The notes: generated by a model not told the origin, from the letters alone. DNA of 64,000 nt from Balamuthia mandrillaris (GCA_031835245.2 JAVKOQ020000001.1:434001-498000); one strand, 5' to 3'; positions 1 through 15,833 are shown, numbered from the stretch's first letter. A program made the numbers and translations.

Positions 1-1629
1 TGCTCCTCCTGGTCGTTCCATTTTTTGGAGCAACGCGGAGGCAGCGGCTGCGCTTGTTACCGAGAATGATGAGGTCCCCGATGAGGGCGGGATGGCAACG
101 GAAGGTTTTGGAGGAGCACGTGCTGGTGGTGTTTGTAGATGCGAATGCAAGAAAGAAGGAAGAGATGACGATGAAGGCGAAGCCGAAGACGAAGGAGGGA
201 GGAGTGGAAGACTAAGCAGCAAGGGTGGCAATGTTTCCAGTTGTTCTTGTATATGTTGCGCATTCTCTGGTCCTTGTTTCATTGGTTCATGCTTCCTATC
301 TTCCTCTCGTTCGTTTCTTGTCTGTTTCTCTTTTCCTTTGTCTTCCATGCCATCCGTCACATCAGTAGTCAAATTTCGGAGAGTCATACCTTTCTTCGTT
401 GGTTCCGCGTCTTCCTCCCGCAGTCTCTGCGAGGAAGCCAACGGTACGGACTTGAAGCTGGGTTGTTGTTGTTGCTCCAAAAAGAAAGGGGGCAAAGAAG
501 CTAACTGCGTCGACATAGGACGATGCATAGGAGTGAAAGGACTCTCCCAAGTTCCAAATGTGGGCAGTGCCGAAGAAGCCGAAGTTGAGGACGCCGATGG
601 TGCGGAGGCACGAGGAGAAAGAACTCCAGAAGCCATCATAACCACATTTAAATCGAGGGAGGAGTTCTTTAGCAGCTTGTTCTTCATTTCGTTGAAACTG
701 ATGGAGAGTTGGTCCTGCAGCTCAGCAAAATCAGCAGAGACAACTGCTTGATGTACCACCAATCCTTTCTCGAGGATGGCAATGTGTTCCGCCAGGCAGC
801 GCTTCAACAGGGCAACCTTCTCTCCATCGTTGGGATGTTCCTTTGCATATTCCTCCGTAAAGAAGGCCTTCTCGTAGATTTCGGGGCCGCCGTTCACTGC
901 CGCCGAGACAGCTCCTTTGAGCACCATTGTGAAAGGTGACACGTTGAGAGCAGGCGAAGGAGCAGACATCTGTGGTGGTTGTAGTTGAGATGATAAGTCA
1001 GTAGTAGAGGTTTGTGAGGTATAATTGGCAGTGGCGGTTGCTACTGTTGTAGGAGTAGCAGTTGCAGAAGCTGTGGTGCCACTGGGAGACAAGGAAGATG
1101 AAGAAGGAGTGAGAGCAGAAGAGGAATAGCAGGCGATCATGCGGGCGAGCTCGTGGTTTTTGTCTATCATGGTGTTGATGGCGTTTTCGATGGGCGGCAA
1201 TTCTACTCGTTTTTGGCGAACCACTTGGGCGCGACGGAGTAGCGTTGGCAACTCTTCCTTAGTTTCATAGTACGTGTTTGTGATCCAAAGATGCTGAACA
1301 GTACGAAGAAAATAAGGAATTGAATACAAAGATAAGGTAATAAAAAGAGCGAGCGTACGGCAAAGTCATTGTCAGTCTTGTTCTTCTTTCTGACCTCTGG
1401 ACGTGCGTAAACAAAAACTTTGGCCTGTCGATATTGGTGTGTGTTGGGCGGTTGATGTCTGTGTAATCGGGTATCCTCTTTGTCGCAAATTTCCATCTCT
1501 TCTAAACTGGACAATTTCACCAAAAAGATTTGGAGGTCTATTTGTTTTTGTTTTTAAAGGTTTGTTGTTTGTTGAGAATAAGACAAAAGAAAGATGGAGA
1601 GAAGAGAGAGAAGAGAGAGAGAGAGAGAG

Positions 1630-1696
<67 letters not shown>

Positions 1697-4115
1697 AATA
1701 CGCTGTCCATCATCCCCAGTAATGTCAGGGCTTGGAGGCAGTGTGCTGCGCATTAGTTTTGCGTCAGGCCACCTGCGCTGCACTTTTTGCGTAAAGGTAT
1801 CCAACCTTTCCAGCTCTGATGCCCTGTGTATGAATTGTTTGTTCTGGTTTTGAACGTTGCAAATTATCGGTTCAGTAAGAAAGAAAGAATAGAAACATGA
1901 AGATTACATATGAACAGAGAATATCTGGTAATAAATATATATACCCTGATTTCTTTGGGGAACTTGTGCCCATAGTAGCCAACGTGGAAATATTCGATGG
2001 GGAACCGCTCCCCATTAGTCAAACATTTTTTGAAAGCGGCCTCTCTAAAGGCCACTTCCGTCAAGCGAGCGCTATCAGGCGTAATGGTGTCATAAACATG
2101 CTTCAACTCTTCCAACAGCTCAAGTGCTCTTTCCCAATATTTGGCTCTATCCAAATAGGTGATAATCACTTGATATAGAGTTTCCTTCAGGAGATGAATA
2201 GAAGCGATAAAGCAGAGCATGTCAGCGAAAAATAAGAAAAAGAAAAAAAAAAGGTTAAGAAAGCGGGACAATAAGGTTATAACCTTTCTTTCCAAGTTGG
2301 TCTCGGCGGAAAGACCTAAAGAAGGAATGGGAGGCACTACCACATCACTCCAATCCAACAGATTGGCGTGCAGTTGCAACGTGAAAGCCGCCTCTGCCCA
2401 ATTTTTGGCGGCAACGTGCTTCTCTGTCAGTTGATGAACGTACTCCACGTATTGCTCATGTCTCTCCGTCTGCTGCAAGAACTCCATCATGCTACAGGTA
2501 GCTTGCGAGCGCTCATCATCGTACTCGGGAGATGCCTCTGGAGATTTGAGCGTAGGGAAGAGAGCCAGCAGTTGCTGCAAGTCTTTGACCAACTTGTGGC
2601 CCCCATCCTGAAGACCCGCCACTCTAGTAGTACCGAGGCGAGAGAGCAGGTTGGTGAGGAAAAACTCCTCAAAATTTGCGGTGCCCTCTGAGGATCCCTC
2701 ATTGAGCAGGCGGTCCAGGGAGAGGATAGTCTCGCGCTCCACTTTGGAGAAGCGTTTGGTGAGCTCGAATTCTTTTTCTAGGGTACTAAAGTACATGTCC
2801 ATAGCCATTTCTCTAACACCTTTGTGATCCACCTATTTTGAGGAACAGCAAGTGAAGGAGGAGAAGCAAGGGTTATTTGTGGTTTCGCTTATATGAGGTT
2901 AACAAAAGAGTGTAAACTTACTGTGAACAGTTCCATAAAGCAACATACAAAGGAAGATATAAGCTCAGCTTGAAAGTCGCCCATTTCATCCCAACCTTCC
3001 TTCATGAGAGCAGCTACTTCAATACGTAGATCTCCATATTTTTCCAAAATGAACTTGCGTTTCGACTCTGAGAACTTTTCTAAGGCCAAACTTCGTGTGG
3101 TCACAAAGGCAGTCATGATTTTGAACAATCTTATGTAAACCTCCCATCGTGAATAAGCGTGGAACTGACTCATACTTCTGCCTCTCGCATCGAAGAAGCC
3201 TTTCTTCTTCGGTGGAGCAGTTGCTAGAACATAAATGAGAATTTTGGGTCAGAAACATAACTAACCAAAAAAAATAAAAATAAATCGAAACAAACAAAAC
3301 ACAAACCATTGAGACCAAGCAATGCAGCAGTAGATGGAGTGTATTTGAGATTCGGTGTTTTGTTGTCTCCTGAATGCTTATTCTGTCCAGCGATGAAGGA
3401 GTTTGTTTCGCTGACTGGGGTGATTATGCTTGAGGAGGCTAGAGTACTGCTGCTGCCTTGTCCTGCTAATAACGTCACCGTTGAACTTGCTCCAGCTGAA
3501 AGATTTTCGTTTAACGAAGAAGATAACAAGGAGTTAACAAATAATAATGAAGATATGAGCAACTACCGCTCCAACTTCCTAAACAAGCAAGAAAATCAGC
3601 AAAAGAATACCTGGCAAGCGATTTGGGACCGTACTCTTCTTCTTTTCCATATCTGCCGCACCCATTCCTCCTCCTGTTGCTCCTCCTATAGAATGATCTC
3701 CTCCGGTTGTTACTCCAGAATGATTGTCCGCGTCTGCATTGCCAAAACCAATCGCCCATTCTCTCTTGGGTAACAACCTTTTGTTGGCGCCAGCTTTCTT
3801 CAAGAGGTAGGCTTGTTTGTGGGTGGATAGCTTGGCGTAGCCTTCCAGATGGTGGTTGTCCTCCTCCATTTGTGGCTTGATGACCGCCTCGTAGCCTTTC
3901 TTGCTCATCTCATCGACGTTGTGCTTTAGAAAGTTTGTGACATAGGTGATGACCTGGCGGATGGTGCTATATTGAAAAAGGCAAATGGCTTGCCAGGTTT
4001 GAGGGATGATAGAGCAGGAAAGATGGTCGGGGATTAAGTCTTGCATCGTTGATAACAGCTTGATAAGGTATGTCTTTTTGTTCAAAGTAGCATTGGATAA
4101 ATCAATTAGTCATGC

Positions 4116-4158
<43 letters not shown>

Positions 4159-7100
4159 TTCGAGAAGGAGAGAGCGCGCGAGGGAGAGAGAAAGCGAGGG
4201 AGAGAGAGAGAGAGAGAAGCAAAGAAGCATATTAGCGGTACTTTTTTGGCTTCCGTGTGAGAGAAGGTATTGATAAAAGCGATAAAGTCCGGTTCGGTAG
4301 CTTGGCTCAAGATTGAGAGGAAGGCGATGGCAGTAAAGAGCTGTCCTTCGATTTGCTTTCGTTTCTGCCCTTCAAACGTGCCCATCAGATCACTCAGTAA
4401 GGGTAGCAAATGTTTTGCTTCCACGTTTGTGCCCTGTTTTAAACAAATAAGCTATGAAAAAAACAAACCACAAAAACAGATTACATAGTGGCTTTACTCA
4501 TTACCTTTTTCTTTGTACTAATGGCGTCTAGAATGGTGAGCAGTGCATCTATGCAGTTATCACGTTCTTCCAGAGGAGTGGTTCGCATAACTTTTCTCAC
4601 CTCGGTGGCACATCGCGAGACCAGTTTTTCTCTATGGCCTACAAACGCACCATAAAGTTTAGAGGCCAGCATTATAACAGTAACGAGAACATGTATCGCA
4701 ATTACTTACTTCCAAAGATATTGCTGGTGATGAGTTCTTTAATGACACTGAGCTTAGTCGTAGTAAGTTTTTTCTTATCGCTGGAGGGAAGGTTGGCCAA
4801 GAAAGAAGCAGCAATTTCACTCATTTCGTCCGCTGCGAATATTTGGTTCATATCTTGAAACCAGTACCAAAAGTTCTAAGATAGAACAACAGTAAAACTT
4901 AACTTAGGGACTAAACAAACAAGAACGTAAAACAAATTCAAAAAAAACCTTCAATGCCAAGGTCTGAGCGCCAATTAGGCCAGGATCCTCTTTCTTCATC
5001 AATGAATTAAAGTTGTTGAAAAACTCCAACAGCTGTTGCTTGAATGTGCCACGAGTGCTGCTGCTTTTGCTGCTGTTGGTCTGCTCGTAGAGCTGCCTGG
5101 AGGCAATCAATAGTTTCATGCTGTACTCAAGCGCTTTCAGCGTGGGAGTTATTTTGGAGTTAGGTTGCGTCTCCAGCTGCGTGAAATACTGCTGAATGCA
5201 GGTAAGGATGTGCTTGTGGGCATTGGCAAAGTTAATGAGTCTCTGCTTGTCATTCTTTGCCTCCTCTTCGTCAATGGGATTATTTTGACCCCTAGCAATG
5301 TTGACGTGACGTTCAATGATGCCAGCGAGAATAGGCCTGAAGTTGGTGAAGATGGATGCTTTCTCATCCACAAAGAGGCCTAACACTGACACCAACGCGT
5401 CGTATCTATATTATGTTATTTGTTAAAGCATGCATGAAAGAACATGCATAAGAACAAGAAGGGCGTACACTAGCTTGGATAGTTCGTGAGTTCCTTCCAT
5501 TTGTGTCCAGATAGCGAGCATAGCTTCAAAGATATCTGGCAGGAACTAACAATTTGCCAAAGCATTACGTCAGCTTCGCGTTGTTTGTTGTTGTTGTTTT
5601 TTTTTTTTTCTACGAACCTTCATAAGTTCCGTTTGGCTGACAAAGGTAAAGCGATTGAGAATATTCGCCAGCTCATGACGGTGAGAGTTCCAGTTCAACA
5701 ATCCAAGCATGCCCGCTGTTGTGATAGAAGCAGGGCAGCAAAAGAAGGCTTTCAGTGTTAGAGAAGAGAAGACAAAAGCTTGAACGAAATAAGTACCGTT
5801 CTGGCTGATTTGGGTGGAGCAAAGAAGTGTGTTGACCTTTAACATTTCTCCTTTGCGTTGTTGCACTTTACTTGAGTCTGAAAACAAAAACAAGAGAAGG
5901 TGTGTGCATGTGTGAGAGAATGGACAATCAGCATCAATCGTCCAGCTGTACAAAATACAGAGAAAGCGAGAGACCTGTTAGATACAGGGTTGGAGGGGCG
6001 TCGCCTTTCATTGGCTTAAATGTAGGCAAAACATGTTCTCCATCCGCCAGCACCGTTCCTATTTTTGTCCATCAAGTAAGAATGAGCAAGGAGCACGAAA
6101 AGGAGAAGAGGGAACAAAGCAAATGAACAAATAAGTACCGAATTCATCAGTAAGTCGGATGAAGGTGAAAGCAAACGTGGAGCGTTCTTTCTTACTATTC
6201 TTGGTGGAACAGTGTCGAATCTCAAAGTAAAGATGATAGTTTGTGATGTCGGTTGGAGGGATCAAGATGGGCACCGTTTCGTCCCATTTTGGAGTGTTGG
6301 TATGATAGAAAACAATGCTTTGGTAGGTCGACGCTGGTGGATCTCCTGCGCCACGACAAATACCATCCTGAAGTAGAGATTAACACCGACAAAGAAACTT
6401 CATTAAATTGTTTAAACATTACCGGTAGTATGTTTCCTTTGGAATCGCGAATGGACATGATGATTTCAACATTCTTTGCAGACCGTTTCCGGTCTTGTGA
6501 TACTTCAGTGGAGTCTAGTGTTACATACATCTCGTTCCTGAAAAAGGAGAAACAAGAAGAGAGAGAGAATAAGCAAGAGAGAGAGAGAGAACTTAGTGAT
6601 TTAAAAGATAGAGTAAACACGAACCTATTTTCTCCTAGGTCTACGGCCAGTTTTTTGGTAAAGGAAATGCCATCCTTTTCCAGTTCTTGCATGTGCTCTG
6701 TAACAGCTGCATCGCTATCGTCTCCTCGCAAAAGACAAAGACCAATCTTAATACCCAAAGACTGTGGCAACGGTGTTATGTTGTTGTTCGTAATTATCAC
6801 TGTTGGTAGGTTGGTTTTAATATCGCGGCGAAACAGTAAAATGAGTGGTAACATTAAAACGCTCAACACAAACGTACTTTGGTGAAGGGTGGCAAAGTTA
6901 GTCTCCTGTGAAGTGGTAAAGACAGACATCTGATGCTCAATAATATCTTGATTATCCAACGCTGCTTGCTTGATGTTGAAACCGCCCGTGAATCTCTTCT
7001 TCTCCGGCACAAATTGCTCGTAGCTCAGGCTGAGCACACCGCAGGCGAAGGGACGGCGGTAGTCTATTGCTTTATTTTTGAGTATTTTGCTGGGTTTCGT

Positions 7101-8848
7101 TTTTGCTCCATTGTCGACCAACAACATCTTTCCTGTGCGCACCAAACGGCACACCAAGAAAAGATCATTGGTAATGTCCTTCTCGTTGATGTTCTGAGTG
7201 ATAAAGAAGAAACAACGATTGCTTAGGAGAGAAGAGCACAGAGAAAGAGGACCAAAAATAAAAAGCAAATATTGTACCTTAAAGATCGTTTTTAGCTTGC
7301 CAATCTTGTTATATTCGGCGGGCATACCCTGCGTTGTAAGTTTTACGTGGTAATCTTCCGTTATAAAACGTTTCTTACGGTTATCCCAAATGCTGAAGAA
7401 TAGCTCTGTTGGTTCTGGTATCTGATTTATCATGGAAGAGACAGAAGATAAGCTAAGAAGAGGAGAAACTTTAGCGACTAAAAGAGAAACGTGAGAGACC
7501 TTGCACTGGAAGACAACGAGGTCCATCAGGATATGGTGGGTCGGAGGAGCGGCAGCTGCTTGTTTAGCGGCACCGGCAGCATTGGCCTTGCTAGCGTCCG
7601 AGGAAGCCTTTTGTGGGTCAAATACCTCGGAATAGTAGCTACGGTCGGCCAAGTCAATGTGCTGTATCATAGCATGTTAACGGGATAGAATGAAGAAGCG
7701 CAAGTACAAGAAGAACAAGGACAAGCACTACAACATGACGATAACAAGCAATGAGACTGTTGGAAAATATGAGACAAACCATTTTGCACAGTTGAAAGGG
7801 AGGAGTGTTAAACTCAGTGGCAACGTTGTCGTCGGCTCCCTTCACAACAACATCGAGGCCCATAATCCTGCGTCCCTCTTCGATGCTGTTCATGACAGTG
7901 CGTTTGACCGCACTAAGGTTGCCCTTCAAGCAGACAGAAGTGTTAGTGATGTTCACAAGACAAAGCAGCAAGAGGAGATGATATAAAAGAGAAGAGAGTA
8001 AGAGCGAGAAGTTACACGAGAAGAAAAAGCAAGAAAGAGAACGATAGCAGGGAAGCATCTTACTACTGAGAAGAGGAAGAGAGGGGAGAGAGAGCGAGAG
8101 CGAGAGCGAGAGAGAAGCATACTGTATCAGGAGACTTGAGGATCTGGTTATGAATCTTGAGAACCTTTAACCTCGTTTTCAAGACGTTAAACTCTGTCAG
8201 TTGTTTTTGCTGTAGGGAAACAAAACAAAACAAAACAAAAAAGGGGGTAATCATAATCAGTCACAATAAAATCAGATTCGGAAGGGCCACAAAAAAAAAA
8301 AAAAAAAACAAACAGTGTAAAAGCGCTGCAACAGGGCCGTCCATTCGTGAAGCACGGTGTCCAGCTCCCGCTTCACCCTGTCCGTCTCGCGAGTGATCCT
8401 CACATAGACGTAGTTCTCGGGGAAGAGGCCCCTCTCCCCCGTTCGCGCGAGTATGCCCTTGTACCAGCCCTCGCAGCTCTCCTGGATGAGGATGATGTCG
8501 CCGAGGTGGAAGCTGACCTGGTAGAGCGCCCCGGTCCGCTCCGTATCGGCTTTGAGGTCAAAGATGGCTTTGTTTTTTTTGGTTTTGTTTTAAAACATGA
8601 AGAGCAAGCAGGGAGAGAGAAAGAAGAGGGAAGGACAGGCAAGAAAGAGGATTAGTCTTGCTGTTCTGCTCTTTTTTTTCTTTTTTCTCAAAATGCGGAG
8701 GAAAACGAGAGAAGGGCAGAGTGTTTTTTTTTAAAAAAAAAACAAAAACAAAAACAAAAACAAACGTACCGGTTCCTTTGGCGTGAAAGGGTTGCCATCC
8801 AGAGTAGGATGCCCTGCTAGAGGATGAAGAGCTCAGCGGTTCTTCCAT
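1..8848 (-). CDS. DOCK-family (DOCK1-5-like) Rac GEF with SH3, C2/DHR-1, DHR-2 and Pro-rich tail; multi-exon, 3' end runs off the window start
   Basis: SH3 exon at ~8400-8560 (GDIILIQESCEGWYKG...GLFPENYV). DOCK N-terminal/DHR-1 segments (ELFFSIWD...FITEDY, DYRRPFACGV, YVTLDS...KNVEI). DHR-2 segments (NWAEAAFTLQLHA, KYWERAL, YFHVGYYG, ENAINTMIDKNHEL, VSAAVNGG). Start codon (8848) is uncertain. Confidence 0.9.
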
Positions 8849-9405
8849 TTTGCACTGTGACCCGTCTATATTATTATTTGTTTTGTCCTGTCCGCTCGGG
8901 TCCCCTGTCGGAGCCGATTTGTCTCTTATGCTGAACTCAGGGAGAATGAGGAAACCCACCGCCTTTCGTGGTTGAACACCGTTCCCACGGCCTGCGCTTG
9001 ACCTGTTTCACCTCAAGAAACGCCTACCGTCTTCTCTGTTAGGAAAATACACAATTTGACAAAATAAAAGCAGCGGGAGTAGGGTTATGTTCTCCCTCCC
9101 CCCTTTGGTTTTGCCCGTTGACCAGTCCTCGAAGTTTACTCCTTTTTTTTTCGGCCTGCCTGTTGGAGGCGCACCGCCAAAGTGTTTGTTTTTTTTTTTT
9201 TTTTCCTCTCTCTGCGCCTTCACCGAGGGAAACGACGCGTTGCAGTTTTAGGACAAATAAGGGAAACCACAATTTCATGTCGACGTGTAAGAATGATTTC
9301 TTATTGGATGGGCAATGAATTTGACAGGACGAACCCTGCAGCACTGGTGCACACGCCCTGGTCAGCTTCTGATCCGGTCATTGCCGCAGGCAAGACGAAA
9401 GAAAT

Positions 9406-9818
9406 ATGGAAACCACGGCCCTCGTTGGGGACGCGACGTTGGCGTTACCGCCTGAGATTTGGGGGCTGGTGCTTGAGCACCTTCCTGTTCAGGACTTGGT
9501 GAAGGCCAAGTACGTCTGCAAGCTTTGGTGCAGCCTTGCCGGACCTTTGTGTAGGCATAATTCAATCCCCAACCCTATTTATTTATTTTTTTTATTTTTG
9601 TTGTTGTTTCTTAATACCATCCCCTAGGCGAAACTGTTGTCTGGTTTTTCGGCCGACCCGCCAAGCCACAAAAGGTTTCCTCGGCAGAAGAAGCGCGTGG
9701 CGTGTCTTTTGATGCTGGTCGCCTGCCTGTGAAGATACCTCCCACCAACGGGTTCAAGCACGTCGTTCAGGCTGTTGCTAGCCACCACCAAGTCTTGTTG
9801 CTAACAGGTTAGACTCTC

Positions 9819-9861
<43 letters not shown>

Positions 9862-10730
9862 TTCCGAACCAACAAATGTTTGTTGTGAACGTAAAAGGAG
9901 AAGGCAAAGTTTTCACGCTTGAGTTGTTCAAGGATAAACATGTTGTTGTTTGTCCACTCCCAGGGCTCCTTTCACATTTCGTTGTGAAAATGGCTTCTGG
10001 CGAGAATCACACCATGTTCATCACCGGTTTTTTTTCCTCTTATTGTTCTTTGTTGTTCCTGTTTCTATATATTATATTCACACCTGAAAAAATAGACAAA
10101 GGAGAAGTATTACTACTGGACGGGTACCCATCGCGAGAGATTATGCCCGCCAAAGATGTTCCTGGACGAGTAATCGCTGGAGCAGTTGGAGTGCACCATT
10201 TCTTGATAGTCACTGGTGCGTCTTGTCGTATGCTGATCCTCTATTCTGTCTGATATTGCTAATACAAATTGTAACTTGCACACCATGTTGTTAGATGAAG
10301 GAAAGCTTTTTTCACGTTTCATTGCAGATATTGCAGGTTATTTCTTCCCTCGTTATTTCTACTCTACTATTCTTTCGCTTCGTTATCTGAGCCCTCTCTC
10401 ATAATCTTTTGTTTCAGTTACCAACGTGGGTCAAACCGGATTGCCTACGCGGTCGGCGACGTTTCTACAAGTGCCAGGGTTAGACCACGAAAAGATAGTA
10501 GCATGTGCGGCTGGTGGTTTTCACAGTTTGGCACTGACTGCCACTGGAAAGATCTATGCCTTTGGGTGGGGAGAGCATGGCAGCTTGGGAGTGGGTGACA
10601 GGGAGCAACGGAACCATCCAGTTCTTGTGGAGAGAATGGGTTCTCATATGGTGATTCAGGTAACTGCAGGTCGTCATCACAGCATCTGTCTTACTGGCAA
10701 GTCTTTCTTTACTTTTCTTTCCTTTGTTCA

Positions 10731-10785
<55 letters not shown>

Positions 10786-11339
10786 GAAGGCCAAACACTT
10801 CAATATTTACTTTATGCTTTCTTCAATAGAGAGCGGTCGTGTCTTCACTTGGGGTATTGGACAGGTAAGTGTTGAATGGCGATGTGGAGCATTTTGCTTG
10901 TTTTATCTCTCCTCTGAATATTTCTCTTTATCACAAAAACGATGTGATTCGCAGAATGGAGCACGAGGCACAGGACTTAATGGTGTGCATAGGAAAGCTG
11001 TCAATCCAGAAGAAGTGACAGGGCTGAACGGCCACAGGATAGTACAAGTGTGTGCCGGAGAATACTATGTTTTGGCTCGTTCAGGTATTCTTTCTTTTTC
11101 CTGTGTCTCTTTAATGCTTCAAGGCGTTTGTTACCCTGACACTATCCATTTTCTATTCAAATAAAGACAAAGGCCAAGTGTTCGCATGGGGTGAAAACCA
11201 ACATTGCCAACTGGGCACACAGCATTGCCAGCACCAAATGGAGCCAATGCTGGTGGAGGCCCTGACCGATTATCCCGCTACGTTTGTCGCTGCTGGCGGC
11301 CAGCAGAGCGTCGTCATAACCCACCACCGCAATCAATAA
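9406..11339 (+). CDS. F-box plus RCC1-repeat protein, multi-exon
   Basis: F-box LPPEIWGLVLEHLPVQDLVKAKYVCKLW. RCC1 repeats AAGGFHSLALTATGKIYAFGWGEHGSLG, AGRHHSICL and GQVFAWGENQHCQLG. Confidence 0.85.
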
Positions 11340-11479
11340 GCAGGGGGAGAAGGCGGGAAATTTTTCACGACGACATGGACGTGGAAAAGGGGCTGCGCTG
11401 ATGTCATCCCTTGTTTTTTTCAGCAAATGAATGACGTCGGCCATCTCTCGCAACCGCTGAAAAAAATGAGCGAACGTGA

Positions 11480-12148
<669 letters not shown>

Positions 12149-12481
12149 GCAGCGTCTTTTTTGATGTGTAAATAGTTTTATGTTGTAAGAAAAAACATCA
12201 TTCCCGCCATTTTTTCTTCCCCATAAAAAACAACCTTTGTCCTCCGCTCAAACTAGAAGGGCAAGGTTAGGTCTAGCGGTTCGCGGAATTGGAGCAGCCA
12301 ATTTCTACTAAATTTTTCGAAGATGTCAGCTAAATTTCGCCCAACTTTGTCGACCCACCTCAAAAGAAGAAGTTACAATATATATTTCTCCGGAAGAGGA
12401 ACGACCGCACTGTTTTTGTTTCTTTGCATACCCTTTTCATAGCTGGCCAAAGACACAAGAGAAGAACCTTGAGCGTCAAAG

Positions 12482-15418
12482 ATGGAAGGCAGAGGCGTTG
12501 TTACGATTGATAGGCACGGCATCATACGCTCAGTGAACCGCTACACCGTGGTTATGTTTGGCTACACCTCCCAAAGCGAGCTGATCGGGCAGGACCTCAA
12601 GATCTTGATTCCTTCTCCCTACAAAGAGCAGCACGACCAGTACCTCAAGAACTATCACTGCACTAGGCAAGCGAAAGTATGATTTCTTCCTCGTCACTCC
12701 CAACACTGATCCTTTTGGTTATTTTATTTTGTTAACTTTTATTTTATCCTACATTAAAGGTAATAGGACGGAGCAGAGTGGTTGAAGGCTTGCGAAAGAA
12801 TGGAGACATTTTCAGCTTACGTCTCGCTGTCTCGGAGATCAGCATAGGAGAGGACGTGCTTTATTGCGGCCTCATCGAGGTGCTAGACGACAAGTCGGCT
12901 GTGGCATTTTGCGACGCCCATGGCATCATAACGGCCACCAACGGAGAGTGCGACAAGCTCTTTGGGTACAACCGAAACGAGTTAATCGGACAAAACGTGA
13001 GTGTGCTGGCAGAGGACTTTCACGCCGAACGACACGCCAAGTACATGCAAAACTATTTGGACACAGGAGGTTCGTTGTTTATCCCCCTTTCTCTTCTCTT
13101 ACGGCTTCTCCTCTCTCTCCTCTTCTCTCTCTCCTCTCTCTCTCTCTCTCTCCTCTCTCTCCTCTCTTTCCGATCACGACGCGAGAGAAGTGCAACGCTG
13201 TGATTGGTCGATACCATACCGATTACTCCTTACGGTATCGACCAATCACATGAAAACAATCGGCAAAACAAAAAAAAGATACGCGGTAAAAAAAAAATAG
13301 TGTGGCGTCGGTTCGGATCGAACGTACTACAACTATTTTTTTTTTCGTGGCGAAACCCCCAAAAACAAAAAAACACTTCAACCATATCTTTGAAAAAGAG
13401 ACCAGCAGAGAATACAACCCCCTCCTTTTTCCTCCTCTCCTTTCCTTTTTGCTGTCGCAATGCTTTCAACTATCGATTTTCTCTGGATTGCCCCAATCAG
13501 CCCTCTCCTCTCCATCGATTTTCTGTTGAATCGCTTTCGATTCTTTCTCCTTTTCCCTGCCCAAAAAACACATGACAACCGCCAATGAAAGAGGGGAGGA
13601 AAGGGATGAGCGGAGAGCTCAGATGAACAAAGACCGCTTTGAGTTGGGGCGCGTTCATCCCTCCCACCCTTTGCAAATTGCCTTCCTCTTTCATTTTTTT
13701 ATTTACTTCTTTTATTTTATTTTTTTGGTTGACGATTTGACTGCCGTGACTTTTTTTTTTTTTTGCTTGCGGAGCATAAATTAGTTTGGCGATTTTCTTT
13801 TCTTTTCTTTTCTTTTTTAAAACCAAAAAAACCCTCCTCCAAGAGACACCACTTACATAACCTGCACAGAGGGAAATTTTTTTTTGAACAAAAAAAAACC
13901 CCTTCCACTGTTTTTGGTGCAGACACAGACACACCAACCAAAGTCTACTTTTGACTTGGTTTTTTTTCTCTCCCTCTCTCCTCTCTCTCGCGCTTCCATT
14001 TTGTTTTTGAATGCGAACACTTGTCATTCAACACACCCTTTCCGCCACATACAACCACTTCTACAACAACGTATGAGCTCTTTCTTTCTCTTCCCTTCTC
14101 TGCTCCTCTCTTTAGTGCTTTCTCTCAGACCTGCTTTGAACCTCTCTTTTTTGTTGTGGCTGACCTGCCTTTTGGCCTCCCTCTCCCTCACCAGTCAAAA
14201 AGGCGCTTGACAAGGTCCGCAACGTGAACGGCAAGCACAAGGACGGCACGGTGTTCCCCATTAGCCTCGAAGTTTCCGAACGCAACGAAGGAGACCAAAA
14301 GACTTTTCTCGCCAAGATCAACCAAATAACCGAAGAAATGGAGGCTCTTGTCACCATCGATAGCAAAGGGTACGTGAAAGAGGCTTCATTAACAACCTCT
14401 TTGTGCTTCAAGTCAAAACTAATCCTCTTTTTTTTTTTGTTCCAATGTTTAGAACCATTGTTGACCTCAACAGAAACCTTTGGGTTCTGTGGGGCTACAA
14501 GAAGGAAGAACTGCTCGGCAAGAACGTCAAAGTATTGATGGTTAGTCATTTCTTCTTTTTTAAACCGTTTTTTTTTTCAAAAAATTCGTTTCTAATGAAT
14601 TAAAAAACAGTCCCATCCGCACGCAGAGCTTCATGACAACTACATCAAGCGATATCTAAGAACGGGTCAGAAGAGGATCATCGGCGGTCCTCCACGCGTA
14701 GTCAAGGCCAAGCACAAGGACGGCTCCAACTTTTACGTCTTCCTGGAAATCAACGAGTTTCAACAGGGCGGAGAGACCTTCTTTGGCGGCAAAGTGACTC
14801 GCGTCGTGAACCCCAAGAAGAAACCTGCTTCCACTGCTGCTGTACCTACTGGCTGCCCATTTGCTGCCGCCAAAACGCCAGAAGCGAGCAACAACAAAGA
14901 CGAAGAACAACAACCTGTTGGAGCAACAGGAGATATGGAGGACACTGACTCCAAGTACATTGGCAACTATGTGGTGGATCGCACGTTGGCAAATGGATTG
15001 TTTGGCAAGGTGAAGCTGGCCACGCACCTGCTTACTGGGCAGAAGGTGGTCATCAAAGTGATTGAAAAGCAGAAGATTGACCCGGAGCGCTTTCGAGAGA
15101 TCGACCTCATGAAGCGACTGCGCCACGCCAATGTGGTGAGGATGCTGGAGGTCATCGAAGCGCCACAGAAGCTGTACATCGTCTACGAGTATATCGACGG
15201 TGGCGAGCTTTTTGAATACATGACTGAAAAGGATCATCTTAGTGGTAACTTTCTCTCCCTCTCCGGTGTTTATTCTTTATTTCAAATAACTAATGTCACT
15301 TTTCGTCATATAACAGAGGATGAAGCAAGAACTTTCTGGAGGCAATTGGTGGAAGCTGTAAAATATATGCACGATAACGGTATCGCTCACCGCGACATCA
15401 AGGTAGAATTCCTCTCCC

Positions 15419-15463
<45 letters not shown>

Positions 15464-15794
15464 GAACACGTTTCCTAATCCTTTTCTGTCAACAGCTGGA
15501 AAACATCATGTTGAACCAAGATGGCAATGTGGTGGTGATCGACTTGGGCTTGGGCAACTTCACCTCCTCGGGTCGGTTGCTCAGCACCTTCTGCGGCTCC
15601 TCCGCCTACGCTGCCCCTGAGATGTTCCTCTGCAGGAAGTACGTAGGCGAGAAGGTGGACGTGTGGAGCATGGGTGTAGTCTTGTACTGCCTCATTACCA
15701 GTGTGTTGCCTTTTGAGGATCCCAAATACATCATCAAAGCGGACTACATTCCTTTGGATGAGGCTTGCGAGGGTCGTCCAACATCTCCAGGTTT

Positions 15795-15833
<39 letters not shown>

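Noticed and set aside
92..751. 219-aa plus-strand ORF
   Set aside because: Antisense to the DOCK C-terminal exon.
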